This document shows, piece after piece, positions 18,056 to 26,926 of a stretch of 64,000 nt of DNA. A program made the position numbers and the translations under genes. This DNA comes from an uncultured Gammaproteobacteria bacterium. Its GTDB lineage: Bacteria > Patescibacteriota > Patescibacteriia > S139-126. Each line of letters starts with the position of its first letter. The first letter of the stretch is position 1. Location of the stretch: the NCBI GenBank assembly GCA_964620905.1, contig CAZUKA010000002.1:121154-185153 (forward strand). The letters are read 5' to 3'. The notes below the pieces were generated by a model that made no database searches, had not been told where the DNA came from, and saw only the letters and a list, made by a program, of their open reading frames with translations.

Positions 18056-19132
18056 TTACTTAACGAGCTTTTCCGGTCCCACCGCCCGATCATATCTTCT
18101 GCCATCAAACATAATTGTGGGTATTTTGATCGTTTTTATTCTGTTCTCTACAATCTCTTTTTGACTAGCTAATCTTGTTTGTATTTCGCCTGAATTAACA
18201 GCTTGCCGTATCTTGTTGCGGTCATCTTCTGAGTACCCGATATCAGTGAGCCATGAAAGGATTTTATCTTCGGCCTCCTTTGCGGTATACATCGTGTTGA
18301 ATTTTATCTGATAGTCCACATTGTCTGTATCTTTGCTGGTGAACATCCTTTCCAAAATCTGCCAATCGGCTGGTGTTTTTGCCGAAGGTAATGGATAGAG
18401 CTTCACCGCCTCCAGATATGAGGCAATCATCTTAGAATGCGGAAAGCGGTAACCGTTGGACTGTTTGTTGTCCGGTATTGGGTATACCAGATAGGTTAGG
18501 TTGTAGCGGTCGGCAAAATCAGTCTCCTTAATATTACCAAACAACTTGGCGCAGAATTTACAGCTTGGATCGATTATCTCAAGAGCGACAGATTTACTAG
18601 AATCATATGGTTTGTAGTAGGTGTTGGATTCGGAAATAAATTCGTTCGGGTTCCACTCTTTAAATCGGTTCGGGATCATTGTGATCGTCTCGCCCAAGGT
18701 AAGCACTCCGTCTTTAGCCCACATGAGCACTTGTCCTTCTTTAACTGACACCCAGAATCCTGGTTTTCCAGAGTTTATTCCACAACCCCCACCACCCAAT
18801 GAACAGGACTCTGGATTATTTGGGTTACAAGTGTCATAGACGAACAAATTGAGACCACTATTAAGCACCACTAAAAGACTCCACATGCTTAGAATCACAA
18901 AAACCGAAGCCAAGACCCCAATCCACCGATCAAGAAATCTAGCTAAGCGGGGTTTAGTAACGATAAATTTGCCCAAAAGTTTGGCCTTGGCTTCTTCTTG
19001 GAAATTAATATCGCACGGTCTGAAGGTCATTTTTCTGAGTACGCACTTCCATGCCTTTTTTGCCAAGGATCGGTAACTGGCCGAAAAAATACCCAAGACC
19101 GCGAAAATGATAAATGCTGCTATGCAAAACAT
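18056..19132 (-). CDS. membrane protein with thioredoxin-like CxxC domain (disulfide oxidoreductase)
   Basis: Two N-terminal TM helices, paired loop cysteines, and a C-terminal soluble domain with IDPSCKFCAKLF (CxxC). Confidence 0.5.
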   Translation of the reverse strand: MFCIAAFIIFAVLGIFSASYRSLAKKAWKCVLRKMTFRPCDINFQEEAKAKLLGKFIVTKPRLARFLDRWIGVLASVFVILSMWSLLVVLNSGLNLFVYDTCNPNNPESCSLGGGGCGINSGKPGFWVSVKEGQVLMWAKDGVLTLGETITMIPNRFKEWNPNEFISESNTYYKPYDSSKSVALEIIDPSCKFCAKLFGNIKETDFADRYNLTYLVYPIPDNKQSNGYRFPHSKMIASYLEAVKLYPLPSAKTPADWQILERMFTSKDTDNVDYQIKFNTMYTAKEAEDKILSWLTDIGYSEDDRNKIRQAVNSGEIQTRLASQKEIVENRIKTIKIPTIMFDGRRYDRAVGPEKLVK

Positions 19133-19136
19133 ATTT

Positions 19137-20348
19137 TTATAAGTTAGTGATAATCGTTTTAAGTGTTTTCACAAAGAACTCGACTTGTTCTTTGGTATTG
19201 TTAAGGCCCAACGAAACTCTCACCAAAGGCGGATATTTTTTCAGATTTTTCAAGTAATAGTGACAGCAAAAATAACCGCTTCGCACCATGATGTTCTGTG
19301 CGGAGAGAAAGATTGCTAGACGATGAGCATCAATCTTGTCGAAATAGAAGCTCGTGATAGGACTAGGAGAACTATTAATAAGCTTCAGCGTTGGAATTTG
19401 AGAAAGCTCATTAAAAAGAAACTGCGCAAGCTTTTCTTGGTGGACGGGTGCTGACACTCCTTCCTTCTTAAAACTTTTGAGCCAATCCAAGGAGGCGCCA
19501 AGACCAACAATGCCAGCGAAATTTTGTAGACCAATTTCTAACCTACTTCCTAAGTCATCCGAATCGGATATCAGCCGATATTTTTCCGCTTCCACATCTT
19601 CTACCATACCTCCGCCAATAAATCCGATGTCCAGTGCGGCAAGAAGAGATTTCTTGATAATGATTACTCCTAAGCTGGGGCCATACATTTTATGTCCGGA
19701 AAAGAACAATGCGTCAAAATCACTTTCACGAATGATCTTTTGGTCATGGCTTATCCCTTGAGCGGCATCAACAAGTACTATCCCGCCTGTTTTGTGAACA
19801 TCATCAGTGATTTCCTTTAAGTTGATCAACTCGCGTCCATCAATATTGGACATACTATTTAGAACTACGATTGCGCCGGAAATATCATCTTTGTTGTACA
19901 TTAACGATCCGTTTGCTGACCGCTCTAGGATAGTGCGCGGAATGCTCAGTCTTTTGGCGGCAGTCATCGTCGGCAAAAACACCGAATTGTGCTCAATGTC
20001 CGAGGTTATAATTTTATTGAACTTCGGAGGCAACTGGCCGAGTACCAAATTTATGCCGTAAGTAGTGTTCAGCGTAAATGCCACCGCATATTCGGAAGCT
20101 GGCTTACCTACGAACGATAGTACTTTCTTTCTTGTCTCCTTTATTTTTTCATCCAGCTTTATACCCCAATCGTATTTCACCCGTCCTCCGCATGAATTGT
20201 ACTCGTGGTAATACTCCGCCATAGCATCAATAACTTGCTGTGGACGCAGTGTTTGGCATGCCGAATCCAGATATAGGACATCTTTGTTCAGATAAGAGAA
20301 ATCTGGATCATCATTTTTTGTTTTTTTGTTGATGTTTAAGAAATTCAT
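19137..20348 (-). CDS. class-V aminotransferase / cysteine desulfurase family protein
   Basis: PLP-lysine motif SGHKMYGPSLGV (SufS/NifS-like). Confidence 0.75.
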   Translation of the reverse strand: MNFLNINKKTKNDDPDFSYLNKDVLYLDSACQTLRPQQVIDAMAEYYHEYNSCGGRVKYDWGIKLDEKIKETRKKVLSFVGKPASEYAVAFTLNTTYGINLVLGQLPPKFNKIITSDIEHNSVFLPTMTAAKRLSIPRTILERSANGSLMYNKDDISGAIVVLNSMSNIDGRELINLKEITDDVHKTGGIVLVDAAQGISHDQKIIRESDFDALFFSGHKMYGPSLGVIIIKKSLLAALDIGFIGGGMVEDVEAEKYRLISDSDDLGSRLEIGLQNFAGIVGLGASLDWLKSFKKEGVSAPVHQEKLAQFLFNELSQIPTLKLINSSPSPITSFYFDKIDAHRLAIFLSAQNIMVRSGYFCCHYYLKNLKKYPPLVRVSLGLNNTKEQVEFFVKTLKTIITNL

Positions 20349-20350
20349 AA

Positions 20351-21094
20351 TTATTTTTCCTGCAAAGCTGTCTCAATGAGTTGCTTTATAGAAGCATATG
20401 GCTGTGCGCCAGAGAGTGGATATTTTTTGCCGTTTTTGGCAACAACAATACTCCACGGTGTGCCATTGCCACCAGTTGCTTGAGCATTTTGCACCTCGTC
20501 TTCTATGTGTTTATCGTATTTAGTACTTGCAAGACATGTGCTAAATTTCGTCTTATCTAAACCGACATACTCTGCGATCTTTGGTAGCTCTGCAAGGTCG
20601 AGTCCGTTGTTTGCAGGAGTGATTTCATAGAGGCGATCAGCATATTCCCAGAATTTGTCGTTTCCTCCCTGGTCGTTTGCACACTCAAGCGCAACAGCTT
20701 CTTTTCGCGCTTTAGAGTGAAGCTGATCAAGTGGAAAATGTCTGTACACCCAAGCTACTTTTCCATCCTTGCCGTAGGTATCGATTACTTCTTTCATTGT
20801 TGTATGAAATCTCTTACAGAACGGGCATTCGGTATCCGAATACTCGACTATTTTTATCGGTGCATCTGGATTGCCTCGAATGTGGTCTTTTGATGTGACG
20901 GGCGTCATTTGTTCAAGATCACCTGTCTGCTGTGCCACCTGCTGTTGTTGTGGCTGATTTGCGGTACCTGCTGTAGGTGCCTTGCCACCGCTGTAGATTA
21001 CTGCGCCGGCAATGAGTACTCCAGCAATAACTACAGCTATTGGCATAGAAAGCGAGAACGTATTTTTTTGTGTTTGTTGATTATTTTCTTCCAT
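20351..21094 (-). CDS. DsbA-like thiol:disulfide oxidoreductase
   Basis: TM or signal sequence plus CPFC active site (YSDTECPFCKRFH) and DsbA-like insertion. Confidence 0.8.
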   Translation of the reverse strand: MEENNQQTQKNTFSLSMPIAVVIAGVLIAGAVIYSGGKAPTAGTANQPQQQQVAQQTGDLEQMTPVTSKDHIRGNPDAPIKIVEYSDTECPFCKRFHTTMKEVIDTYGKDGKVAWVYRHFPLDQLHSKARKEAVALECANDQGGNDKFWEYADRLYEITPANNGLDLAELPKIAEYVGLDKTKFSTCLASTKYDKHIEDEVQNAQATGGNGTPWSIVVAKNGKKYPLSGAQPYASIKQLIETALQEK

Positions 21095-21159
21095 ATCAAT
21101 ATAAAGTTAAAATTAATAAAGCCAGCACAAAAAAGTGCTGAACTGAGAGAAAGCGGACG

Positions 21160-21576
21160 TTAGAAAATCTTCGGATTAAGAATTCCACTAGAAAAAGCTT
21201 CTTGGAGGGGATCAAATATCTGATACTTTCTTAAGTAAAAAGGGTTTATGTATATCTCTGGCCAAGGTTGATCGTGTATAGAAAATTTCTTCCAAGCTCC
21301 AATTGCCAATAAGGCAAGCAGTGCGAGAAGTGCAGAAAGAAAAGATAGAGCATCTTTTGCCGGAAGCGTGGTAAACATGCTCTGCCATTCCTGAATATGC
21401 TCCATCGGGTTCATTTTGCAGATAGACATCGAGTGACCGCTGAACGGACAGTTTCCTGTTGCAGTACTCATGTCCATTGCTCCAAGACCGAAACACGATA
21501 TGCCAAAAAGAAGGACAGTAAGAACTGCAAGTATGATGGGAAACTTTATTATGTTTTTAGTCGATTTGAAAAACAT
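21160..21576 (-). CDS. membrane protein, hypothetical (Cys/His/Met-rich loop)
   Basis: 138 aa with two TM helices and a NCPFSGHSMSICKMNPMEH loop that may bind metal. Confidence 0.4.
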   Translation of the reverse strand: MFFKSTKNIIKFPIILAVLTVLLFGISCFGLGAMDMSTATGNCPFSGHSMSICKMNPMEHIQEWQSMFTTLPAKDALSFLSALLALLALLAIGAWKKFSIHDQPWPEIYINPFYLRKYQIFDPLQEAFSSGILNPKIF

Positions 21577-21593
21577 ATATCAATTATACAAAA

Positions 21594-24383
21594 TTAAAAT
21601 CCATACTGATCCATTCGTAATTTGAAGGCATCACGGCCACCCTCAGTGACGAGGATTATTTCTTCCTTAATTTCCTTTTTATCGATTGCACCCATAGCTT
21701 TGATTGATCCACGGGTCTGGTCGCCAGCTTTTATGTAATCGCAACAGACTACAAGTTCGGCATCGCCATTAACGACAAAGTTTGCACTGTGGCTTGCAAA
21801 AATAAGCTGTCGTTTACTCTTAGCTCTCCAGACCTGCTGGACGATATCTTTGAACATCTTACTATCGATATCGTCTTCTGGCTGGTCAATGATTAGTGGC
21901 GCACCTGACTGATTCAAAAGGACGGTGAGCAAAGCCGTTGCTTGTTGGCCAGCTGACGCATCTGAAAATCCGATATAGTCTTTCTTTGCCTTGTTGGTGC
22001 AATAAGAAAACTTTGGATTAAATTCCAGCTCTGTGACAGAGAGGTCGAGCCACCGTGCAGAGTCAAAGCTAGTCGCAATTCTTGTGCGTTCAGTATCGAT
22101 AAAATTGCACTTATTAAGAATCGGAGTATCCGGCATCTCATCGGGTCCCTCCGTAGAGTGCAGTGCGAGCTTCTCAAGTTCTGAAAGAATGCCGTTCCAC
22201 TCAACAAGTGGATTGCTGGCTTTCAACAGAGATTGACAGATTTTCTCAAGCTTCGCTTCGTTGATATTCATACCGGAAAAAGCCGTCTTGAGTTTTAGAG
22301 TGAGGGCGTTGGTGTCCAGACTGTTTGTGATTTCCGCCTTAATGAGATCACCGGATAGTGCGGTGAACTGAGTACATTGCTTTTCAAGAGCCTTGATCTT
22401 TTGAGTATGCAAGCCGTCCCACTTAGTGCGGAGTTTTTTGTACGCAGTTTCCGGATCGCCAAGAGCCGCAAGCGCGTTGCGTTTTTCCGTCTGCTGTTTT
22501 TTGAGTGTGGCGATACGCTTCTCAAGAGTTTGTATCTGATCGAGCTGTTGCTGGTTAACCTTAGCTTTTACTTTTGCGGCCTCGTATTTCTTATCAAATG
22601 TCACCTTAAGTTTTTCCCACTCCTTGATCTCGTCGTTGATAGTCTTAAGTGATGCTGGCTTAAAAAGATTTGAGAGTGCGGTAACGCCAGCTTCTATTTC
22701 TGTAAATTTAGAAGCGTATTTGGTTTGAATTCGGCCGATCAGAGCTTTATTCTCCAGCTCGACTTCCTCCTCTTCGACTTCCTCGCCCTCTAATGCCTCT
22801 ACAAGATTCCCGACATGTTCCTGTGTGGTCTCAAGCTCGTTTTTGAGAGCTTCAATGATCGCTTCCTCGTTATCGTATTTTGCCTTCTGATCGATAGTTT
22901 TCTGATCCTCCTTAGACAATCCCTTGAGACTCTTGCGAAGTTTTCCCAGCTGTTCGGTCGATGAAGCTATCTCTACATTATTTTTATTGACCTCCGCCTC
23001 GATTTCATTCATCCGGATTAAATCACCATAAGCGGATCGCATCTTTGCTTCCGTGTCTCGCACATCCGAACGAATTTGATCGAGTTCCTGTTTGATTGGA
23101 AGTTCGACAAAACGCTTCAGCTCATCGATGCGTACACCTACGCTACTTAGCTGTTTCTGACTGTACGCTTGGATCGGAAGCAAATTTCGTACTTGCTGTT
23201 CTGTGGCCGGAGAGAATTCGCCATCGCCAATTTTAAGCAAAATTTCCTGCTTCTTTGAGTTACGTTTTACGATATGGGGTACATCGTTGAGAAGGAATTC
23301 GACATGCACCTCACCGTCAAATTTCTGGAGAGTATTGTCGATTAAATTCTTGCGCTTGGTCTGCACGATGTCCATGTCCTCGCTCTCTACCGGCTGATCA
23401 CAAAGACCCCATCGGAGATATTCGAGGATTGTAGACTTGCCTGTACCACGACCACCAATGATGGCGTTGTACTGCTGGTTTAAATCAAAGCCAACCTGCC
23501 CAAGAAACTTGGAGTTTGTGACGCTGATCGATGTGATCCAAAGATTCGGGAGTTCGGGTTCAACGAGAGAGACTCTGGATTCTCTGGCCAAGCATGCTTG
23601 ACGGAGTGCCTCTGCAGTCGGTTCTGACCATTTAACGTATGTGCTAGGTAGGCCAAGATCGGAATGATCACGTTTGCGGTTATCGGAAGTTTGAAAGACC
23701 GCAATCGGTTTGTACCCATTGTTTTGCTGGCGTCCCTCGAGGATATTTTTGTAGCCATCGCTCGACTTTGAATACTCACCATCAACATAACCACCCACGC
23801 AACGCATCTCTTTGTAGTGCTTTGCAAATCCGTCACGGAAAAGAGTTTTATGTCCTGCAGTGGTGACGTTCGGAAGTATGATGTATTTTCCTTTAAGCCA
23901 AAAGTGCTGGTTTAGTCGATCCTCGAGATCGTTCAATCCGGTGATCGATGTCGGCGATACAGACTCAACACTTGCGAGTTTGCTATTTGTCGGATCGGTG
24001 GCCGCAATAGTGAGTGTGGTCAGAATGTCCCCAAATTTTGTCTCGTCGAAATCAGCATCAAGCAAAAGTATCGCTTGGCACGGTGGAGATGAAAGTGTGA
24101 GCTCGATACCAGGAAAAACAACGATCTGATCCTGTGGTTCAATGGATTCACCGATAAGATTAACTTCCGATGCCGCCGCCGCTTTCACATACGGAAACAT
24201 GCAAAAGTCATGGTGATCAGTTATCGCAATCGCATTGAGACCTTTTGTTCGGCATGCCTGAATAAGCTCTTCTGCATAAGCTTTGCGTTCTGCTGGTGTA
24301 GCGGCTTCCGCACCGTCCCAATTTGCATCTCGGGGAGTGTGAACTTGGAAGTCGCATTTGTAGAAGTGTGCACCTTTGTCCAT
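21594..24383 (-). CDS. PHP-phosphoesterase fused to SMC/Rad50-like ABC ATPase with long coiled-coil (candidate defence protein)
   Basis: N-terminal PHP motifs (QVHTPRD, ITDHHD). Walker A IIGGRGTGKST, about 350 aa of coiled-coil, a signature-like SGDLI, Walker B LIIDQPEDDID, H-loop FASHS. Confidence 0.8.
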   Translation of the reverse strand: MDKGAHFYKCDFQVHTPRDANWDGAEAATPAERKAYAEELIQACRTKGLNAIAITDHHDFCMFPYVKAAAASEVNLIGESIEPQDQIVVFPGIELTLSSPPCQAILLLDADFDETKFGDILTTLTIAATDPTNSKLASVESVSPTSITGLNDLEDRLNQHFWLKGKYIILPNVTTAGHKTLFRDGFAKHYKEMRCVGGYVDGEYSKSSDGYKNILEGRQQNNGYKPIAVFQTSDNRKRDHSDLGLPSTYVKWSEPTAEALRQACLARESRVSLVEPELPNLWITSISVTNSKFLGQVGFDLNQQYNAIIGGRGTGKSTILEYLRWGLCDQPVESEDMDIVQTKRKNLIDNTLQKFDGEVHVEFLLNDVPHIVKRNSKKQEILLKIGDGEFSPATEQQVRNLLPIQAYSQKQLSSVGVRIDELKRFVELPIKQELDQIRSDVRDTEAKMRSAYGDLIRMNEIEAEVNKNNVEIASSTEQLGKLRKSLKGLSKEDQKTIDQKAKYDNEEAIIEALKNELETTQEHVGNLVEALEGEEVEEEEVELENKALIGRIQTKYASKFTEIEAGVTALSNLFKPASLKTINDEIKEWEKLKVTFDKKYEAAKVKAKVNQQQLDQIQTLEKRIATLKKQQTEKRNALAALGDPETAYKKLRTKWDGLHTQKIKALEKQCTQFTALSGDLIKAEITNSLDTNALTLKLKTAFSGMNINEAKLEKICQSLLKASNPLVEWNGILSELEKLALHSTEGPDEMPDTPILNKCNFIDTERTRIATSFDSARWLDLSVTELEFNPKFSYCTNKAKKDYIGFSDASAGQQATALLTVLLNQSGAPLIIDQPEDDIDSKMFKDIVQQVWRAKSKRQLIFASHSANFVVNGDAELVVCCDYIKAGDQTRGSIKAMGAIDKKEIKEEIILVTEGGRDAFKLRMDQYGF

Positions 24384-24386
24384 AAA

Positions 24387-24890
24387 TTAAAATTTCGTAA
24401 TATGCTCCTGATTGCTTGAATAGCCTGCAGTGCCGTCGTTAGTGGCCATGCTGAAGTACGACTTCTTCGCAACGATAATAAAGTCTTCAAAGAATGGTTT
24501 GAACGACAAAACCTGCGAGTCTGCTTGCAGTGCTCGCATGAGTTTCTTGTCGTCCTCATTCGGAGTCGGATCAGTAGAGCCGGGATGATTGATCAAGACC
24601 ATAAACTTCTTGGCAAGAAATAGAGAAAAGTAATGCCAGAGCATCTGCGTGTCGAGATTCTTGGGGGAGGAACCAAGAAAGACCTGATGCCCGAGGAACA
24701 GGTTTTTGTCATCGAGATAGATTCCAATCACTTTGGAAACTGCCTCGTCTTCCAAGTCTTTGAGGAATTTATAGAGGTCTTCCGGATCACGAACCTGACC
24801 CTGAATCGGAGGCTCTACATCGGTCTCAACGATCTCATATTTCTTGAGATATCGTTTGCCGTCATCATTTTTGTGTTCATCATTTTTCAT
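24387..24890 (-). CDS. RadC-like JAB/MPN domain protein
   Basis: LINHPGSTDPTPNEDD matches the RadC HNHPSG...PS..D signature, with the first His replaced by Ile. There are 3 nt between its start and the stop of the upstream gene. Confidence 0.65.
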   Translation of the reverse strand: MKNDEHKNDDGKRYLKKYEIVETDVEPPIQGQVRDPEDLYKFLKDLEDEAVSKVIGIYLDDKNLFLGHQVFLGSSPKNLDTQMLWHYFSLFLAKKFMVLINHPGSTDPTPNEDDKKLMRALQADSQVLSFKPFFEDFIIVAKKSYFSMATNDGTAGYSSNQEHITKF

Positions 24891-24915
24891 AGGCGATTTC
24901 CAAAGTTTGGTTAAT

Positions 24916-25992
24916 TTATAATTTTACATACCGGGTCCCACGACCACGTCCGACCCGTTTGACCAGTCCGAGTTCGATCAATCGTTCCAGTGCCTGACTG
25001 ACCGTAACACCGACAATGCCGGTGGCTTTGGCAATCTCGCCCGGAGCGGCCTCGCCGACCGATGAGAGATACTTCCATACCTCGTATTGCTTGGGAGAAA
25101 GGGTGTCTTCGACTTTTTCATCTTGCAGATACGAGAGAGCCTTCGTTGCTTGTTCTTTTACGACCGACAAAAAGAAATTAAGCCATGGCACGATGGTATC
25201 GTGTTCGGTCTTGAATGTTTCCTGAGACTTGCGAAGTGCCAAGTAGTATTCATCCTTGCGACGTTCAACAATTTGCTCGTGTGAGACGTACTGCACGAAC
25301 TGGTAGCCAGATCGGAGTAGCAAAAGATTTGTGAGAACGCGCGAAAGACGCCCATTGCCGTCTTCAAATGGGTGGATTTTTAGAAACTCAACTACGAAAT
25401 TTGCGATGAGAAGCAAAGGATGGAAACGATTCTTCTCAAAAGCGTCCGTTGTCCAATCAACAAGTTCCTGCATTTCCTTTGCAGTCAGAAATGCTGGCGT
25501 CGTCTCGAACATGATTCGAGCGACTTTGCCGTCCGGTCCAAGTACACCGACAGTGTTCTCTTTCTTTTTGTAACCGCCACGATGTGTGTCGTCCTTGTGG
25601 GAGTATTTAAGAAGCTGATTGTGAAGCGATGTGATCACGCTCTCTCGAAGTGGTAGGGTCTGGAAGCTGTCGAATACATTCTGAAGTACCTCAAGATACC
25701 CCTGCACCTCCTGCGTGTCACGATCGGAAAACTTTGAGACTGAAAGTCCCTGCATAATTTTCTCAACCTCTTCGTCGGTGAGCTTCGCACCCTCGATACG
25801 AGTGGATGCACCGGCAGAAGTAATAAGCACCGACTGCTTCAAGCTAGTAATGGCTTGCGGAGTCATTCGCAAACCGGACTTAAATTCACCTCGAATACCA
25901 TCGATCTCTGCCAAGAGAGCAACGATGTGTGGCTCGGGGTTTTTGATCCTGAGATCAAACTTTTGAGTGATATCGTTCATAATTTTGCTCAT
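24916..25992 (-). CDS. Fic/DOC family protein with C-terminal winged HTH
   Basis: Fic motif HPFEDGNGRLSRV. The N-terminus has an inhibitory-helix-like S-TRI-EG ([ST]xxxE[GN]). The C-terminal HTH is VGVTVSQALERLIELGLV. Confidence 0.85.
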   Translation of the reverse strand: MSKIMNDITQKFDLRIKNPEPHIVALLAEIDGIRGEFKSGLRMTPQAITSLKQSVLITSAGASTRIEGAKLTDEEVEKIMQGLSVSKFSDRDTQEVQGYLEVLQNVFDSFQTLPLRESVITSLHNQLLKYSHKDDTHRGGYKKKENTVGVLGPDGKVARIMFETTPAFLTAKEMQELVDWTTDAFEKNRFHPLLLIANFVVEFLKIHPFEDGNGRLSRVLTNLLLLRSGYQFVQYVSHEQIVERRKDEYYLALRKSQETFKTEHDTIVPWLNFFLSVVKEQATKALSYLQDEKVEDTLSPKQYEVWKYLSSVGEAAPGEIAKATGIVGVTVSQALERLIELGLVKRVGRGRGTRYVKL

Positions 25993-26129
25993 ATACGTTA
26001 TGTATGTGATTATATGGGATTATATGATTAAATGCAAGTAATAGGCCTGTGGGCGACCAACAACCCACCAAAACAAGGGATTTTCGCCATTAAACACGAC
26101 TTTGTGGTATAATATCCACAATAATCCTT

Positions 26130-26597
26130 ATGCAAAAAGACTTCACATTCCAGCTCATCAAAGGAAAGATTGGTGAGATCATCTTCGACCAAATGTTCCG
26201 AGAAGCGGCCGAATTTACGGTCATACCTTTTGGCTACGAATCAACTGTGCCAGAGATCGCACAATTTGCCCGATCGGTAGAGCATAAAGAAGTACTCGAT
26301 GCGATCCGCAACACCCCAGATTTTGCTCTCATCTCCCACAACCAAAAGCAGGTCTTTTTGGTAGAGGTTAAATTCAGGACGAGAATGAATTCCGAGGAAG
26401 TGCTCAAGACCGCTGGAAAGATACACGAGCGATGGAAGCTCGCATGGCTTTTTATCGCCACGCCGGATGGTTTCTACTTCGATAGCTGTACTAACGTGAT
26501 CGAGAAGGGATCAATTATGCCTCTCAACGCCAGCTGGGTGAATCCGGAACTGCAGAAAAAATACTTGGAGATAATGAATAAATTCCAGACCGACTAG
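26130..26597 (+). CDS. hypothetical protein with possible PD-(D/E)xK nuclease motif
   Basis: 155 aa. The spacing E...PDFALISHNQKQVFLVEVKF resembles a D...(E)VK restriction-endonuclease-like core. Weak. Confidence 0.35.
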   Translation: MQKDFTFQLIKGKIGEIIFDQMFREAAEFTVIPFGYESTVPEIAQFARSVEHKEVLDAIRNTPDFALISHNQKQVFLVEVKFRTRMNSEEVLKTAGKIHERWKLAWLFIATPDGFYFDSCTNVIEKGSIMPLNASWVNPELQKKYLEIMNKFQTD

Positions 26598-26719
26598 ACT
26601 TATACACAGTGTGCATATTTCCAATCCACTTGTGCGAACTTTATTCGTAGTGCTATAATAAATTCACAATCGAATAACTTAATGCCTCAAGGGGCATTCC
26701 TGAAAGGGATTCCGAGTTT

Positions 26720-26769
26720 AAGGGCTCGTGACCAATCGCTTAATTGCGAAAGGTCACGAGCCCTTTTTC
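26720..26769 (+). terminator. rho-independent terminator
   Basis: aagggctcgtgacc...ggtcacgagccctt followed by tttt. Confidence 0.6.
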
Positions 26770-26926
26770 GTTATCCGATTGTTTCCAGCTCTCTGATACC
26801 TCCCGGGTCGAGCATCCACCAACTGTGATCGACCTCACACTGCACTGGACTCACGGGTCCCGTGTAAATAAAAAAAATTTCACAGCGGATGTGGGGGTGT
26901 CGGAGAGCTGGAACAAAATAATATTT

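Noticed and set aside
18056-19132. Considered calling this a VKOR or DsbB homologue
   Set aside because: Only two TM helices are apparent, while VKOR and DsbB need four or five. It is kept as a generic membrane-anchored thioredoxin-like CxxC protein.
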